From Anaerolineae bacterium (GTDB taxonomy: Bacteria > Chloroflexota > Anaerolineae > B4-G1 > SLSP01), in NCBI GenBank assembly GCA_026645815.1, contig JAPKMR010000001.1, positions 129,498 to 193,497 on the forward strand: DNA of 64,000 bases, in the 5' to 3' direction. Below the pieces are notes generated by a model that saw nothing but the letters and a program-made list of their open reading frames with translations, made no database searches and was not told the origin of the DNA. The position numbers and the translations under genes were made by a program. Of the stretch, positions 28,038 through 37,033 are shown piece after piece (within the stretch, counting starts at the first letter, position 1; the number at the start of each line of letters is the position of its first letter).

Positions 28038-28394
28038 ATGCGCGATCATGTCAAGATCCTGAGTTGGCTCTACATTTTGACCGGGTTAGTCGGGCTGCTG
28101 ACCGCGTGTAGCCTGTTAGCGGCATTCATCGGTGCTGGAGCAATCACGCGGGATGGTGATGCGAAGACTATCTTTGCAATTATGGGAAGTGTCTGCGGGC
28201 TAGGGTTAGCCGCGCTCTCCCTACCAGGACTGATTGCAGGGCTGGGGCTGCGAGGGTACCGCGACTGGGCGCGCGTGTTGGCGCTCATCGTGGGGCTGTT
28301 GAGCATTCCGCTCTTCCCCTTTGGCACCTTTCTCGGCGCCTACACTGTTATCGGACTGCTCGACGACGAAGCCAACCGACGTTTTAGTGGATGA
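28038..28394 (+). CDS. Small integral membrane protein (3-4 TM), unknown function
   Basis: A 118-aa hydrophobic ORF with the RBS CTGGAGG. No family was recognised. Confidence 0.5.
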   Translation: MRDHVKILSWLYILTGLVGLLTACSLLAAFIGAGAITRDGDAKTIFAIMGSVCGLGLAALSLPGLIAGLGLRGYRDWARVLALIVGLLSIPLFPFGTFLGAYTVIGLLDDEANRRFSG

Positions 28395-28446
28395 TTTCCG
28401 CCAGGAAATCACGTGAGATCAAATCTTTGACTATTTTAGATTGCAG

Positions 28447-28474
28447 AAATGGCGCGCTAGCTGGCGCGCCATTT
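28447..28474. terminator. Bidirectional hairpin terminator between convergent genes
   Basis: AAATGGCGCGC-TAGCTG-GCGCGCCATTT, with T/A runs forming the stem ends on both strands. Confidence 0.55.
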
Positions 28475-28502
28475 TGACTCTTCACGGTAGCTGCATTCCA
28501 AT

Positions 28503-30365
28503 CTAGAGGCGCAGCGCAGCCTCAGCAACCTCCGCAGCAAGATCATAGCGACTAAACGCCGGCATGATATAAACACCGGATGCCCAGGGTCGTACCTGCT
28601 CCATCAGTTCCGCAGCGATGAGCACACCCTCATGCGCCGATTCCTTATCCGCGCGCTCCAAGCGTTCAAAGATCTCCGGGCAGATGATAATACCGGGCAC
28701 CTCGTTATGGAGAAAACGGGCATGGCGCAGATTATTGAGCGGCAAGATGCCCGCCAATACCGGTACCGGCAAAGGCCCATACTCAGCAGCGTAACGCTCC
28801 ACGAAAGCTGCCGCCCGTTCCGGTTGGAAGACAGGCTGCGTGAGCAAGAAATCCACCCCGTTGCGCAATTTCCGCCGCAACACCTTGATCTCCCGCTCGG
28901 GTTCAGGTGGATCCAGATTCAACGCGCCACCGACAAAGAACGCTGTGGGGCGACCGATATCGCTGCCTGCGTGGTCCCGTCCCGCGTTGAGCTTCTCCTT
29001 AATTAACTGGATCAACCCCGAGGGCGCCAGGTCATAATTGTCCATCGCCTCAGGGTAATCTCCAATAGCGGTAGGATCGCCCATGACCACAAATACATTG
29101 CGAATGCCCAGGGTATGTGCGGCGAGCAAATCACCCTGAACACGCAAGAGATTGCGTCCGCGCGTCGGAAAGTGCAGCACCGTTTCCATGCCCACTTCCT
29201 TCTGGATAAGGTGACAGACCGCCCAAGGACTCATCCGCATCCGCGCCATGGGGCTATCCGCAACATTGATGACATCTACCCCTACATCCGCTAACAGACT
29301 GGCGCCGGCCAAAAGCTTATGGCTGGAAATAGTATGCGGCGGGTCCATCTCCACTGCCACCACGAATTTACCTGCCGCGAATTTCTCCGCCAACCGTGTC
29401 GGCGGGGTAGCGCCGTTCTCAGAGGGTTCCGGATCCAGATGCCGCAACACTGCAAGCTCCACCTCCGGTCCGGGCGGCGCATCGAGAGCGCGCCGCATCG
29501 CAGCGATGTGCTCAGGCGTGGTACCACAACACCCGCCAATCAACGCCACACCAATCTGCCGAAAAGCGAACGCGTACTCGGCAAAGTAATCCGCCGTTGC
29601 CGGATACATAATGCGCCCGGCAACCTGCTCGGGCCAACCAGCATTAGGCCCCGCCGATAGGCGAGCCTCCGGAGCAGCGAGCTTCATCCGCTGGAGAATG
29701 CGCTGCAGCTGCGCGGGACCACCAGAGCAGTTGACACCAATCGCCTCTGCGCCTATCTCCACCAGAGCGCGCGCCACCTTCTCCGGTCCATCCCCCAGCA
29801 GCGTGCGGTCATCTCGGGTGAAGGTCATTGAGGCAATAACCGGTAAATCGCAGACCTGCCTGGCGGCAGCCACGGCTTCGCGAATCTCGTAAAGATCGGT
29901 AAACGTCTCGAGCGAGATTACGTCCACGCCTGCCGCAGCAAGCGCGGCAATCTGTTCAACAAAAGCAGTGCGCGCGTCCTCAAGTTGTACGCGCCCAAAG
30001 GGCGCCAGGCGCACCCCTAACGGACCTACGTCCCCTGCAACCAACACATCCTTAAAGGAGGCATGAATCACGCGTCGCGCCAGGTCCACGCCCGCGCGGT
30101 TGATCTCCGCAACATGGCTTTCCATGCCGTGCGCTGCCAGCTTGTAGCGATTTGCGCCAAAGGTATTGGTCTGAAGCATTTGCGCCCCCGCATCAATGTA
30201 GGCGCGATGAATCTCGCCCACTAGCGCGGGATTGCTCAAGTTGAGCGCATCGAAGCAGCTCTCGAAACCCACTCCCCGGCTATGTAGCAAAGTGCCCATC
30301 GCGCCATCGCGCAACACCGGTAGCGGGGAGGACTCCAGGAGTTTCAGGAAACGATTGTCTTTCAT
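28503..30365 (-). CDS. Bifunctional homocysteine S-methyltransferase / 5,10-methylenetetrahydrofolate reductase (YitJ-like)
   Basis: The N-terminal Hcy-binding domain has LRDGAMGTLL and GGCCGTTPEHI (zinc Cys). The C-terminal MTHFR domain has FVVAVEMDPP and DFLLTQPVF. The architecture matches B. subtilis YitJ. Confidence 0.82.
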   Translation of the reverse strand: MKDNRFLKLLESSPLPVLRDGAMGTLLHSRGVGFESCFDALNLSNPALVGEIHRAYIDAGAQMLQTNTFGANRYKLAAHGMESHVAEINRAGVDLARRVIHASFKDVLVAGDVGPLGVRLAPFGRVQLEDARTAFVEQIAALAAAGVDVISLETFTDLYEIREAVAAARQVCDLPVIASMTFTRDDRTLLGDGPEKVARALVEIGAEAIGVNCSGGPAQLQRILQRMKLAAPEARLSAGPNAGWPEQVAGRIMYPATADYFAEYAFAFRQIGVALIGGCCGTTPEHIAAMRRALDAPPGPEVELAVLRHLDPEPSENGATPPTRLAEKFAAGKFVVAVEMDPPHTISSHKLLAGASLLADVGVDVINVADSPMARMRMSPWAVCHLIQKEVGMETVLHFPTRGRNLLRVQGDLLAAHTLGIRNVFVVMGDPTAIGDYPEAMDNYDLAPSGLIQLIKEKLNAGRDHAGSDIGRPTAFFVGGALNLDPPEPEREIKVLRRKLRNGVDFLLTQPVFQPERAAAFVERYAAEYGPLPVPVLAGILPLNNLRHARFLHNEVPGIIICPEIFERLERADKESAHEGVLIAAELMEQVRPWASGVYIMPAFSRYDLAAEVAEAALRL

Positions 30366-30381
30366 AGAATGTACCTGCTTT

Positions 30382-32631
30382 CTACAATTCAGCGCGGAGC
30401 TCCTGCACCGCGGCGACCATCACACGCAAGGCGGGCAACACTTCCTCCCAGGCGCGGGTCTTGAGACCACAATCGGGGTTCACCCAGAGCTGTACATCCG
30501 CCAGGTGAAGCCTGAAAGTGCGTAGTTTCTCCAGGATGAAATCCTTGTCTGGAATAACTGGGCTGTGGATATCGTAGACACCGGGACCCACCTCGCGCGC
30601 GTAGCCGTACTCCGCCAGAGCACGCAGCGTCTCATCGTCACTGCGCGCGTTTTCCAGGGAAATGACATCCGCATCGAGGCGGTCTATCGCCGGCAATACA
30701 TCGCCGAATTCAGCATAGCACATATGCGTGTGTATCTGCGTCGCAGAAGCAGCGCCCGCTGTAGCGAGGCGGAAAGCATCCACTGCCCAGGTCAGATAGG
30801 CGGCACGCCGGTCGGCTTTGAAGGGCAATCCCTCGCGCAGCGCCGGCTCATCCACCTGAATGATCCGCGCGCCGGCGCGCTCCAGGTCGGCAATCTCATC
30901 CCGCAACGCCAGCGCCAGTTGGAACGCCACCTCCCGTCTAGGAAGGTCCGCACGCGGGAAGGACCAGTTGAGGATGGTCACGGGACCGGTCAACATACCC
31001 TTGACCGGTTTATGGGTGAAACTTTGAGCGACCTGGAATTCTCGTACCGTCATCGGTACGGGGCGGGTCACATCAGCGTAGATAATAGGCGGGCGGACAT
31101 AACGACTGCCGAAGCTTTGCACCCAACCGTGCTGGGTAAAGGCAAAACCGGTGAGCTTCTCTGCGAAGTATTCGACCATATCCGAGCGCTCAAATTCGCC
31201 GTGTACCAGCACGTCGAAATCCAAACTCTCCTGCACACCGATGGTATAGGCAATCCAGGCATCCACGCCCGCACGGTAAGCCGCCTCACTCAGCTCGCCG
31301 CGTTTGAAGCGGGCGCGCAGCTGGCGCACCGCAGCGGTTTGCGGAAAAGAACCAATGGTGGTAAGCGGGAAAGCCGGCAACGCGACCTGCTGTGGGCGTC
31401 GCCCGGCGTAGCCTTCAGTGCGGGAAAAATCGCCCGCGGCAAGCGACCCCAAGCGCGCTCGTAGGGCAGCATCTTCCGGCGTGAAAGCACGGAAATCTGC
31501 CCATGGGCTATCATCCCAAACAGCTGCGCCTGCGAGCGTATCCCGCAGCGCGATCAACTCATGCAATTTCTCCTCCGCGAAGGCGAGTACACCACGCAAA
31601 GGTGCAGGCAGCGCCGTCTCCCGCGCCGCAGAATAAGGCACATGCTGCAGAGAGCATGAAACGCTCAATCTCAGACTCGCCAGCGAGTTGAGAGAGCGCA
31701 ACTGCGGCAGCACCTCAGCACCGTGCAAGCGCCAGACATTGCGCCCATCCACCATGCCCGCCGCAAGGACTTTGCCCACGGGCCAACCGCAGCGCTCCAA
31801 CAATGTTATCGTCTCACCGCGAGTGAAATCGAGGGTCAAACCCGCTACTGGTAGGGCAACAATCCACGGGAAGGATTCGCCGGCGTCATCAAAGGGGATA
31901 ACGAGGTTGATGGGTAGCCCAACCGATGCCAGTGCCGCAAGCGCCATTTCCGTCTGCGAGCGAAAGTCCCCAGAATCCGGGATTCTAGAATCCGGGATTC
32001 CAGAATCCGGAAGGATGAGCGCTGGTTCGTGAAGCTGCACTTCCGGCACACCCAATGCCTTGAGGGCAGCGAATAGCTCGGTATAGAGTGGCAACAACTG
32101 CTGTAGCATAACGTCAAAGGAGACTTCAAGCCGCGCAAGACGCAGGAACGTCATCGGGCCTAGCACGATGGGCACGGCGCGCTCACCCAAGAGCGCCTGC
32201 GCCCGCGCCACGGTGTCAAGGAAACCGGCAAAATCGGCGACCGGCTGAGTGTCCGTCGCAATTTCGGGCACAAGGTAGTGGTAATTGGTATCGAACCACT
32301 TGGTCATCTCAAGAGCAGGAATACCCTCGACGCCTCGCGCCATAGCAAAAAGTCGTTCCAAGCCCTTAAGCGCCGCAAAACGCTCAGGGATCAATCCCAA
32401 CCGCAAGGTCCAATCAAGGACAGCATCATAGAGCGTAGCATCACCCACGCCGATATAGTCAATACCGGCATCGCGTTGCGTGAGCCAACCTGCCTCCTCC
32501 ACCTGCCGGAAGGTCGCCATAAGCGTCTCAGCATCCAGAGCACCTTTCCAATAACCCTCGAGCACGCGCTTGAGTTCGCGCTCCCTGCCAATATGCGGAT
32601 AACCTACAGTTTGTGTCTTGTATACCGTCAT
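30382..32631 (-). CDS. metE: Cobalamin-independent methionine synthase
   Basis: Two Meth_synt domains with C-terminal zinc ligands (IHTHMCYAEF, NPDCGLKTR). The start is ATG 32631 (MTVYKTQ) after GAGGGGA. Confidence 0.9.
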   Translation of the reverse strand: MTVYKTQTVGYPHIGRERELKRVLEGYWKGALDAETLMATFRQVEEAGWLTQRDAGIDYIGVGDATLYDAVLDWTLRLGLIPERFAALKGLERLFAMARGVEGIPALEMTKWFDTNYHYLVPEIATDTQPVADFAGFLDTVARAQALLGERAVPIVLGPMTFLRLARLEVSFDVMLQQLLPLYTELFAALKALGVPEVQLHEPALILPDSGIPDSRIPDSGDFRSQTEMALAALASVGLPINLVIPFDDAGESFPWIVALPVAGLTLDFTRGETITLLERCGWPVGKVLAAGMVDGRNVWRLHGAEVLPQLRSLNSLASLRLSVSCSLQHVPYSAARETALPAPLRGVLAFAEEKLHELIALRDTLAGAAVWDDSPWADFRAFTPEDAALRARLGSLAAGDFSRTEGYAGRRPQQVALPAFPLTTIGSFPQTAAVRQLRARFKRGELSEAAYRAGVDAWIAYTIGVQESLDFDVLVHGEFERSDMVEYFAEKLTGFAFTQHGWVQSFGSRYVRPPIIYADVTRPVPMTVREFQVAQSFTHKPVKGMLTGPVTILNWSFPRADLPRREVAFQLALALRDEIADLERAGARIIQVDEPALREGLPFKADRRAAYLTWAVDAFRLATAGAASATQIHTHMCYAEFGDVLPAIDRLDADVISLENARSDDETLRALAEYGYAREVGPGVYDIHSPVIPDKDFILEKLRTFRLHLADVQLWVNPDCGLKTRAWEEVLPALRVMVAAVQELRAEL
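31971..32010. repeat. In-frame 15-bp tandem repeat (2.7 copies) inside metE
   Basis: On the coding strand the units are CCGGATTCTGGAATC, CCGGATTCTAGAATC and CCGGATTCTGG, encoding PDSGI PDSRI PDSG. Each unit contains the inverted repeat GAATCC-G-GGATTC. Confidence 0.9.
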
Positions 32632-32711
32632 CGCAAAATCTCCCCTCAAAAGCGACTACAGACCACACAAAGTGCATCCTGTAATACGCAGGTCATGTAA
32701 CCACATGCAAC

Positions 32712-32737
32712 AAAAACGCCTCTCCGAAAGAGAGGCG
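32712..32737 (-). terminator. Intrinsic terminator (riboswitch expression platform)
   Basis: On the reverse strand, CGCCTCTC-TTTCGG-AGAGGCG is followed by TTTTT, between the SAM aptamer and the metE start. Confidence 0.75.
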
Positions 32738-32764
32738 ATACGACAACCAAGATCTTCGTATCCA

Positions 32765-32880
32765 TCCTCATCTTCCAGAAGCCCAATCTGGGTCTCTGCC
32801 GGAATTGGCACCCCGTCACGCCAGCGCGCCGGGTTGTCGAGGTTTCACAGGGCCGGTCCCTCCACCTCTCTTGATGAGTG
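32765..32880 (-). promoter_or_regulatory. SAM-I (S-box) riboswitch aptamer
   Basis: The reverse strand reads CTCATCAAGAGAGGTGGAGGGACCGGCCCTGTGAAACCTCGACAACC...GGGGTGCCAATTCCGGCAGAGA...GAAGATGAGG. This matches the S-box consensus blocks (P1 CTCATC/GATGAG, AGAGGNGGAGGGA, GGCCC.TGAAACC, GCAACC, GTGCCAATTCC). Confidence 0.88.
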
Positions 32881-32914
32881 GCGATATGATTTGCTCACAC
32901 CGCCATTGGAGCCT

Positions 32915-32943
32915 ACTTTACTACGAGTCGGGGCGATTGTCAA
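32915..32943 (-). promoter_or_regulatory. Promoter of the riboswitch-metE transcript
   Basis: On the reverse strand, TTGACA, a 17-nt spacer, then TAAAGT, about 30 nt upstream of the aptamer. Confidence 0.6.
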
Positions 32944-33023
32944 GAGCCAAGAGCGCCAAACTCTTTGGCTGTTTGCACAGCCCCAATTCTGGAATTTCCT
33001 ACCCCGAATTCCCCAAAAAGCTC

Positions 33024-33051
33024 TTGACAAGTCATTTTCTCATGCTAGAAT
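33024..33051 (+). promoter_or_regulatory. Promoter of the xylan-locus leader
   Basis: TTGACA (33024..33029), a 16-nt spacer, then TAGAAT (33046..33051). Confidence 0.6.
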
Positions 33052-33056
33052 AATCA

Positions 33057-33070
33057 TGTAAACGCTTCCA
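33057..33070. promoter_or_regulatory. LacI-family operator O1 (imperfect)
   Basis: TGTAAACGCTTCCA lies right at the predicted transcription start. It shares 12 of 14 positions with O2. Confidence 0.5.
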
Positions 33071-33421
33071 AATCCAGGTTCGTATTGCCGGAATTACAAC
33101 ACGAGACCAACAAAAGTCTTGCAGCGTTCTCCGGCAAGGAGACCTTAGCAGAGAGCATAACTATTCGCCAGTCACAAGTTTTGGTACTGGCATATTGCTG
33201 TCAAAATACGGCATAATCCCAGAAGTACACAAGAAACGGGCGAAGAAACGCCAAAAACCTTTGAATAGTTGGCAAAAAAGACTCGAGAAACCGGTTCCAA
33301 AAGGTGATATGCTGCAACAAGCGCAATTGCATTTATTGCTCAGGCAAAGCTCGACCACCTTAAAGGTTCTCGGATAAAGGACCTGATTGTTTCATACAGG
33401 TCCTTAAAAAATAGATTTCTA

Positions 33422-33435
33422 TGTAAACGCTTACA
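33422..33435. promoter_or_regulatory. LacI-family operator O2 (near-perfect palindrome)
   Basis: TGTAAACGCTTACA, with half-sites TGTAAAC and TGTAAGC around a central CG. It lies 11 nt before the LacI start codon. Confidence 0.6.
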
Positions 33436-33445
33436 AATAACAACT

Positions 33446-34498
33446 ATGTCAAGTCAAAAAACCACCATTGTAGATGTTGCGGCCAAAGCGGGAGTCTCCT
33501 TCGGCACCGTCTCGCGCGTGATCAACAACGATGTCCACGTGCGACCGGCAACCCGTGAACGCGTACTGCAGGCGATGGAGCAACTGGGCTTCGTCGCTAA
33601 CCGGCAGGCACGCAGCCTCGCAGGTGGCAAAACTGGCGCGATTGGACTGCTGGTGCCCGACCTGGGCACCAGTTATATCGGGGAAATCATTCGTGGTATT
33701 GACGCAGAACTGACGCTACAAGAGCTAGACCTCATCCTCTACACCACCCACCGTACCGCCAGCAAAGAGGCGAACTACGTCGCCAATCTAGCGCAGGGTA
33801 TGGTGGATGGGCTGTTGTTAGTGCTGCCGCGCAATCCAGCGGATTATGTGGGCACGTTGACACAGCGAAATTTCCCCTTTGTGCTGATTGATCATCAAGG
33901 CACAGGCAAAGAATGTCCGGCGGTAGGAGCGACGAACTGGCAAGGCGCGTTCGACGCTACAGAACATCTCCTCAAACTAGGTCACCGGCGCATCGGCTTC
34001 ATCACCGGCTCCATGGATCTTGGTTGCGCGCAAGATCGTCTGGCAGGGTATCGCGCCGCCCTGCGTACCCATCACATCCCCTACACCGACGAACTCATCT
34101 ACGAAGGCACCTTCTTCCAACCCGATGGGTTCACGGGCGCGCTGGCGTTGCTCGACGTGCCAGATCCTCCTACCGCAATCTTTGCCTCCAACGATGTGAT
34201 GGCAATGGGCGCAATGGATGCCATACGGCAACGCAGTCTGCGGGTTCCCGATGATATCGCTGTATTGGGCTTCGACGACATTCCCCAAGCAGCACTGGTG
34301 CGTCCAGCGTTGACCACGATCCAACAACCGCTGGAAAAGATGGGGCGCGTAGCGACCCAAATGTTACTTGATCTTTTGGAGGCTCCGGAGAGCAAAATTC
34401 AACGTATCGAACTCCCCACGAAATTAATCATCCGGGATTCGTGTTGTTCAAGACAAGGGACTCACTCTGATGTATTCAATACTGCCAACAGCACTTAA
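33446..34498 (+). CDS. LacI-family transcriptional regulator (xylan locus)
   Basis: HTH TIVDVAAKAGVSFGTVSRVINND followed by a sugar-binding domain. It heads the transporter and GH operon. Confidence 0.9.
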   Translation: MSSQKTTIVDVAAKAGVSFGTVSRVINNDVHVRPATRERVLQAMEQLGFVANRQARSLAGGKTGAIGLLVPDLGTSYIGEIIRGIDAELTLQELDLILYTTHRTASKEANYVANLAQGMVDGLLLVLPRNPADYVGTLTQRNFPFVLIDHQGTGKECPAVGATNWQGAFDATEHLLKLGHRRIGFITGSMDLGCAQDRLAGYRAALRTHHIPYTDELIYEGTFFQPDGFTGALALLDVPDPPTAIFASNDVMAMGAMDAIRQRSLRVPDDIAVLGFDDIPQAALVRPALTTIQQPLEKMGRVATQMLLDLLEAPESKIQRIELPTKLIIRDSCCSRQGTHSDVFNTANST

Positions 34499-34604
34499 TC
34501 GGTTAAGGAGGTGATGGGCTTTCACAAGATAAGTAAGGCAATCGGACAATGACCCTCGTCACATGTTCCAATTCTATTCAATCATACGAAGAAGGAGAGA
34601 TTCC

Positions 34605-35903
34605 ATGCAACGCAAGCTGTTTCGTGTATTGGCTCTGATTGTGATGGTCGCCACCGTGTTGGCTGGTTGCGGTCCCAAGGCGACAGAAGAAGTGTCCTCT
34701 GGGCCTGTCACCGTCACCTGGTGGCATATTTCGACCCAGGATCCCGGTCTTTCTGACTGGAAGAAGATGGCCGATGATTACATGGCCGCGAATCCGAATG
34801 TGATCATTGAGATCACCGTTCTGGAAAACGAATCCTTCAAGACCAAACTCACCACCGTTATGCAGTCTGGCGATGTTCCTGATATCTTCCAGAGCTGGGG
34901 CGGCGGCACGTTCAATCAGCAGGTGGATGCTGGCTTGTTGAAAGACATCACCGCTGACCTGGATGCGGATGGCGGCGCCTGGCGCAATTCGTTTGCCCCT
35001 GGTGCTTTGGGAGTTTACTCCTATGAGGGCAAGAACTACGGCGTGCCGTGGGACATGGGTATGGTCGGTTTCTGGTACAACAAAGATTTGTTTGCCCAGG
35101 CCGGTATCGCTGCTCCCCCCACCACCTGGACCGAGTTCATCGACGCTGTACAGAAACTCAAGGACGCCGGCATCACCCCTATTTCCGTGGGTGAAGGCGA
35201 TAAATGGCCCGGCATGCATGTCTGGTCCTATCTCGCGACCCGCATGTGCGGCGAGGAAGGCTTCCTGGCTGCTGCGAACCGCACTGGTTCCTTCACCGAT
35301 CCTTGCTTCGTCGAAGCTGGCAAGAAACTGCAAGAACTAATTGCTCTCGAGCCCTTCCAGGATGGTTTCTTGGGCGCGACCCATGACGACATGCAGGCTG
35401 CCTTCGGTAATGGCAAGGCTGCTATGGAATTGGGTGGTCACTGGTCCGCTGGCGCTCAGAAATCCAACAGCGCGAGCGGCGAAGGCATTGGCGAGGCTCT
35501 GGGCCTGTTCAACTTCCCGGCGATCGAGGGCGGTGCCGGCAAGGTCAGCGATGTCATTGGTGGCGGTAATGGTTTCGCGATCGGAAAGAACGCTGAACCG
35601 GAAGCTGTCGACTTCGTCAAGTATCTGACCAGCGCTGCGAACCAAACTGTGATCGCTGCCTCTAACACCGGTATCCCGGTGGTCAAGGGTGGTGAGGCTG
35701 GTTTGGCTGATCCCAACATGAAGCTCGTCCAGCAGACCTTTGCTGCTGCCGATTACTTCCAGCTGTACTATGATCAGTACCTGCCCCCCGCGATGGGTTC
35801 TGTGATCAACGATGCTGTCCAGGGTCTCTATGCTGGCACTTCCACACCCGAGCAGGTGTGCCAGATCATCGAAGACGCTGCTAAGGCAGAGTTGGACAAG
35901 TAA
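34605..35903 (+). CDS. ABC transporter extracellular sugar-binding lipoprotein (family 1)
   Basis: Lipobox VLAGCG and the typical SBP_bac_1 layout. The start is ATG 34605 after GAAGGAGA. Confidence 0.85.
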   Translation: MQRKLFRVLALIVMVATVLAGCGPKATEEVSSGPVTVTWWHISTQDPGLSDWKKMADDYMAANPNVIIEITVLENESFKTKLTTVMQSGDVPDIFQSWGGGTFNQQVDAGLLKDITADLDADGGAWRNSFAPGALGVYSYEGKNYGVPWDMGMVGFWYNKDLFAQAGIAAPPTTWTEFIDAVQKLKDAGITPISVGEGDKWPGMHVWSYLATRMCGEEGFLAAANRTGSFTDPCFVEAGKKLQELIALEPFQDGFLGATHDDMQAAFGNGKAAMELGGHWSAGAQKSNSASGEGIGEALGLFNFPAIEGGAGKVSDVIGGGNGFAIGKNAEPEAVDFVKYLTSAANQTVIAASNTGIPVVKGGEAGLADPNMKLVQQTFAAADYFQLYYDQYLPPAMGSVINDAVQGLYAGTSTPEQVCQIIEDAAKAELDK

Positions 35904-35917
35904 GTAATTTTGTTGGT

Positions 35918-35951
35918 GGTGTGGGATGGGCCGCAACGCTCATCCCACACC
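35918..35951 (+). other. Intercistronic stem-loop 1 after the binding-protein gene
   Basis: GGTGTGGGATG / CATCCCACACC, an 11-bp stem with a 12-nt loop. Confidence 0.6.
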
Positions 35952-35995
35952 TACGTCCGTGTGAAAGACCGAAGGGTTCGTTTGGCCTTAATCAC

Positions 35996-36043
35996 CACAC
36001 CGCTCGTACCGTTCACGAACCTCCTTTAGGTACGAGCGGTGTG
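35996..36043 (+). terminator. Intercistronic stem-loop 2 / partial terminator
   Basis: CACACCGCTCGTACC / GGTACGAGCGGTGTG, a 15-bp stem. A T7 run follows 13 nt downstream, just before the permease RBS. This is the classic position for setting the binding-protein to permease ratio. Confidence 0.55.
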
Positions 36044-36075
36044 AAACTGCAAGATAGTTTTTTTGGAGGTTTTTG

Positions 36076-37020
36076 ATGCAACAGGTCCCTGCCATTACTG
36101 AAAGCACAGAACCAATTAGCACTTCAAGAATGTCTCGGCGTTTCCAAGACAGGTTGGTTGTGTTTTTGTTCCTCTTGCCTGCACTCATTCTGTTTTTGAT
36201 TTTTGTCATTTACCCCATTTTCCATTCGGTTTATTACAGTATGTTTGATTGGAATGGCCTGGGGAAGGCGACAGACTTTGTGGGACTACAGAATTTCCAG
36301 ACTATTCTTAATGACAAAGTATTCATTAAGGCAATAGGAAATGTCTTGTTGCTCATCGTTATGTCGTTGGGCATTCAGTTGCCTCTAGCAATGATGCTGG
36401 CTGTTCTGGTGGGACGGGACTTGCCTGGGCGTGGGTTCTTCCGGACCATTTTCTTCCTGCCCTATGTTCTTGCCGAGGTGAATGTTGGAGTCATGTGGTT
36501 GTTACTGTACAATGCAGACCCTGATCGCGGTTTTATTAATGCGATCCTGGTGCAATTAGGCGCTGAGCCTGTTGCCTGGATGGGGAATATGAAGGTCGTT
36601 TTGATCGCGGTTTTTATCACGCTGACCTGGAAATTCTTCGGCTTCCATATGTTGCTGTATTTGACGGGGCTGCAAAATATTCCAAAGGAAATTGAAGAGG
36701 CTGCAAAAATTGACGGCGCCAATAGTTTCCAAAGCTTCGTGAATATTACATTGCCGTTGTTGGGCAGCCCAATTCGTACGTCTGTTTATATGTCTGTTTT
36801 GGGATCTATTCAGCAGTTTATCTTGGTTTGGATCATGACTCACGGCGGACCGGTGAATGCAAGCGAAACCATGGCCACGTACATGTACCGCTTTGGCTTT
36901 GTCCGTTTCCAGTTGGGGTATGGCTCAGCCGTTGCAATTTACATGTTCACTTTCTGCCTGATCTTCTCACTGATCTACAATTCTTTCACTCAGAAACCCG
37001 ATTATCTTACCGGTTTATAG
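36076..37020 (+). CDS. Sugar ABC transporter permease (MalF/UgpA-like)
   Basis: Six-TM protein with the EAA loop EEAAKIDGANSFQSFVNITLP. The ATG at 36076 is 5 nt after GGAGGT. Confidence 0.85.
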   Translation: MQQVPAITESTEPISTSRMSRRFQDRLVVFLFLLPALILFLIFVIYPIFHSVYYSMFDWNGLGKATDFVGLQNFQTILNDKVFIKAIGNVLLLIVMSLGIQLPLAMMLAVLVGRDLPGRGFFRTIFFLPYVLAEVNVGVMWLLLYNADPDRGFINAILVQLGAEPVAWMGNMKVVLIAVFITLTWKFFGFHMLLYLTGLQNIPKEIEEAAKIDGANSFQSFVNITLPLLGSPIRTSVYMSVLGSIQQFILVWIMTHGGPVNASETMATYMYRFGFVRFQLGYGSAVAIYMFTFCLIFSLIYNSFTQKPDYLTGL

Positions 37021-37033
37021 GAGGACACGCGCA

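Noticed and set aside
33161-33377. Small overlapping ORFs 33161..33358 (-; Cys-rich NKCNCACC) and 33195..33377 (+; Lys/Arg-rich)
   Set aside because: Neither has a Shine-Dalgarno sequence, one uses a TTG start, and they are mutually antisense in an AT-rich spacer. They cannot be supported as genes from sequence alone. The region is kept as a finding, not as a CDS.
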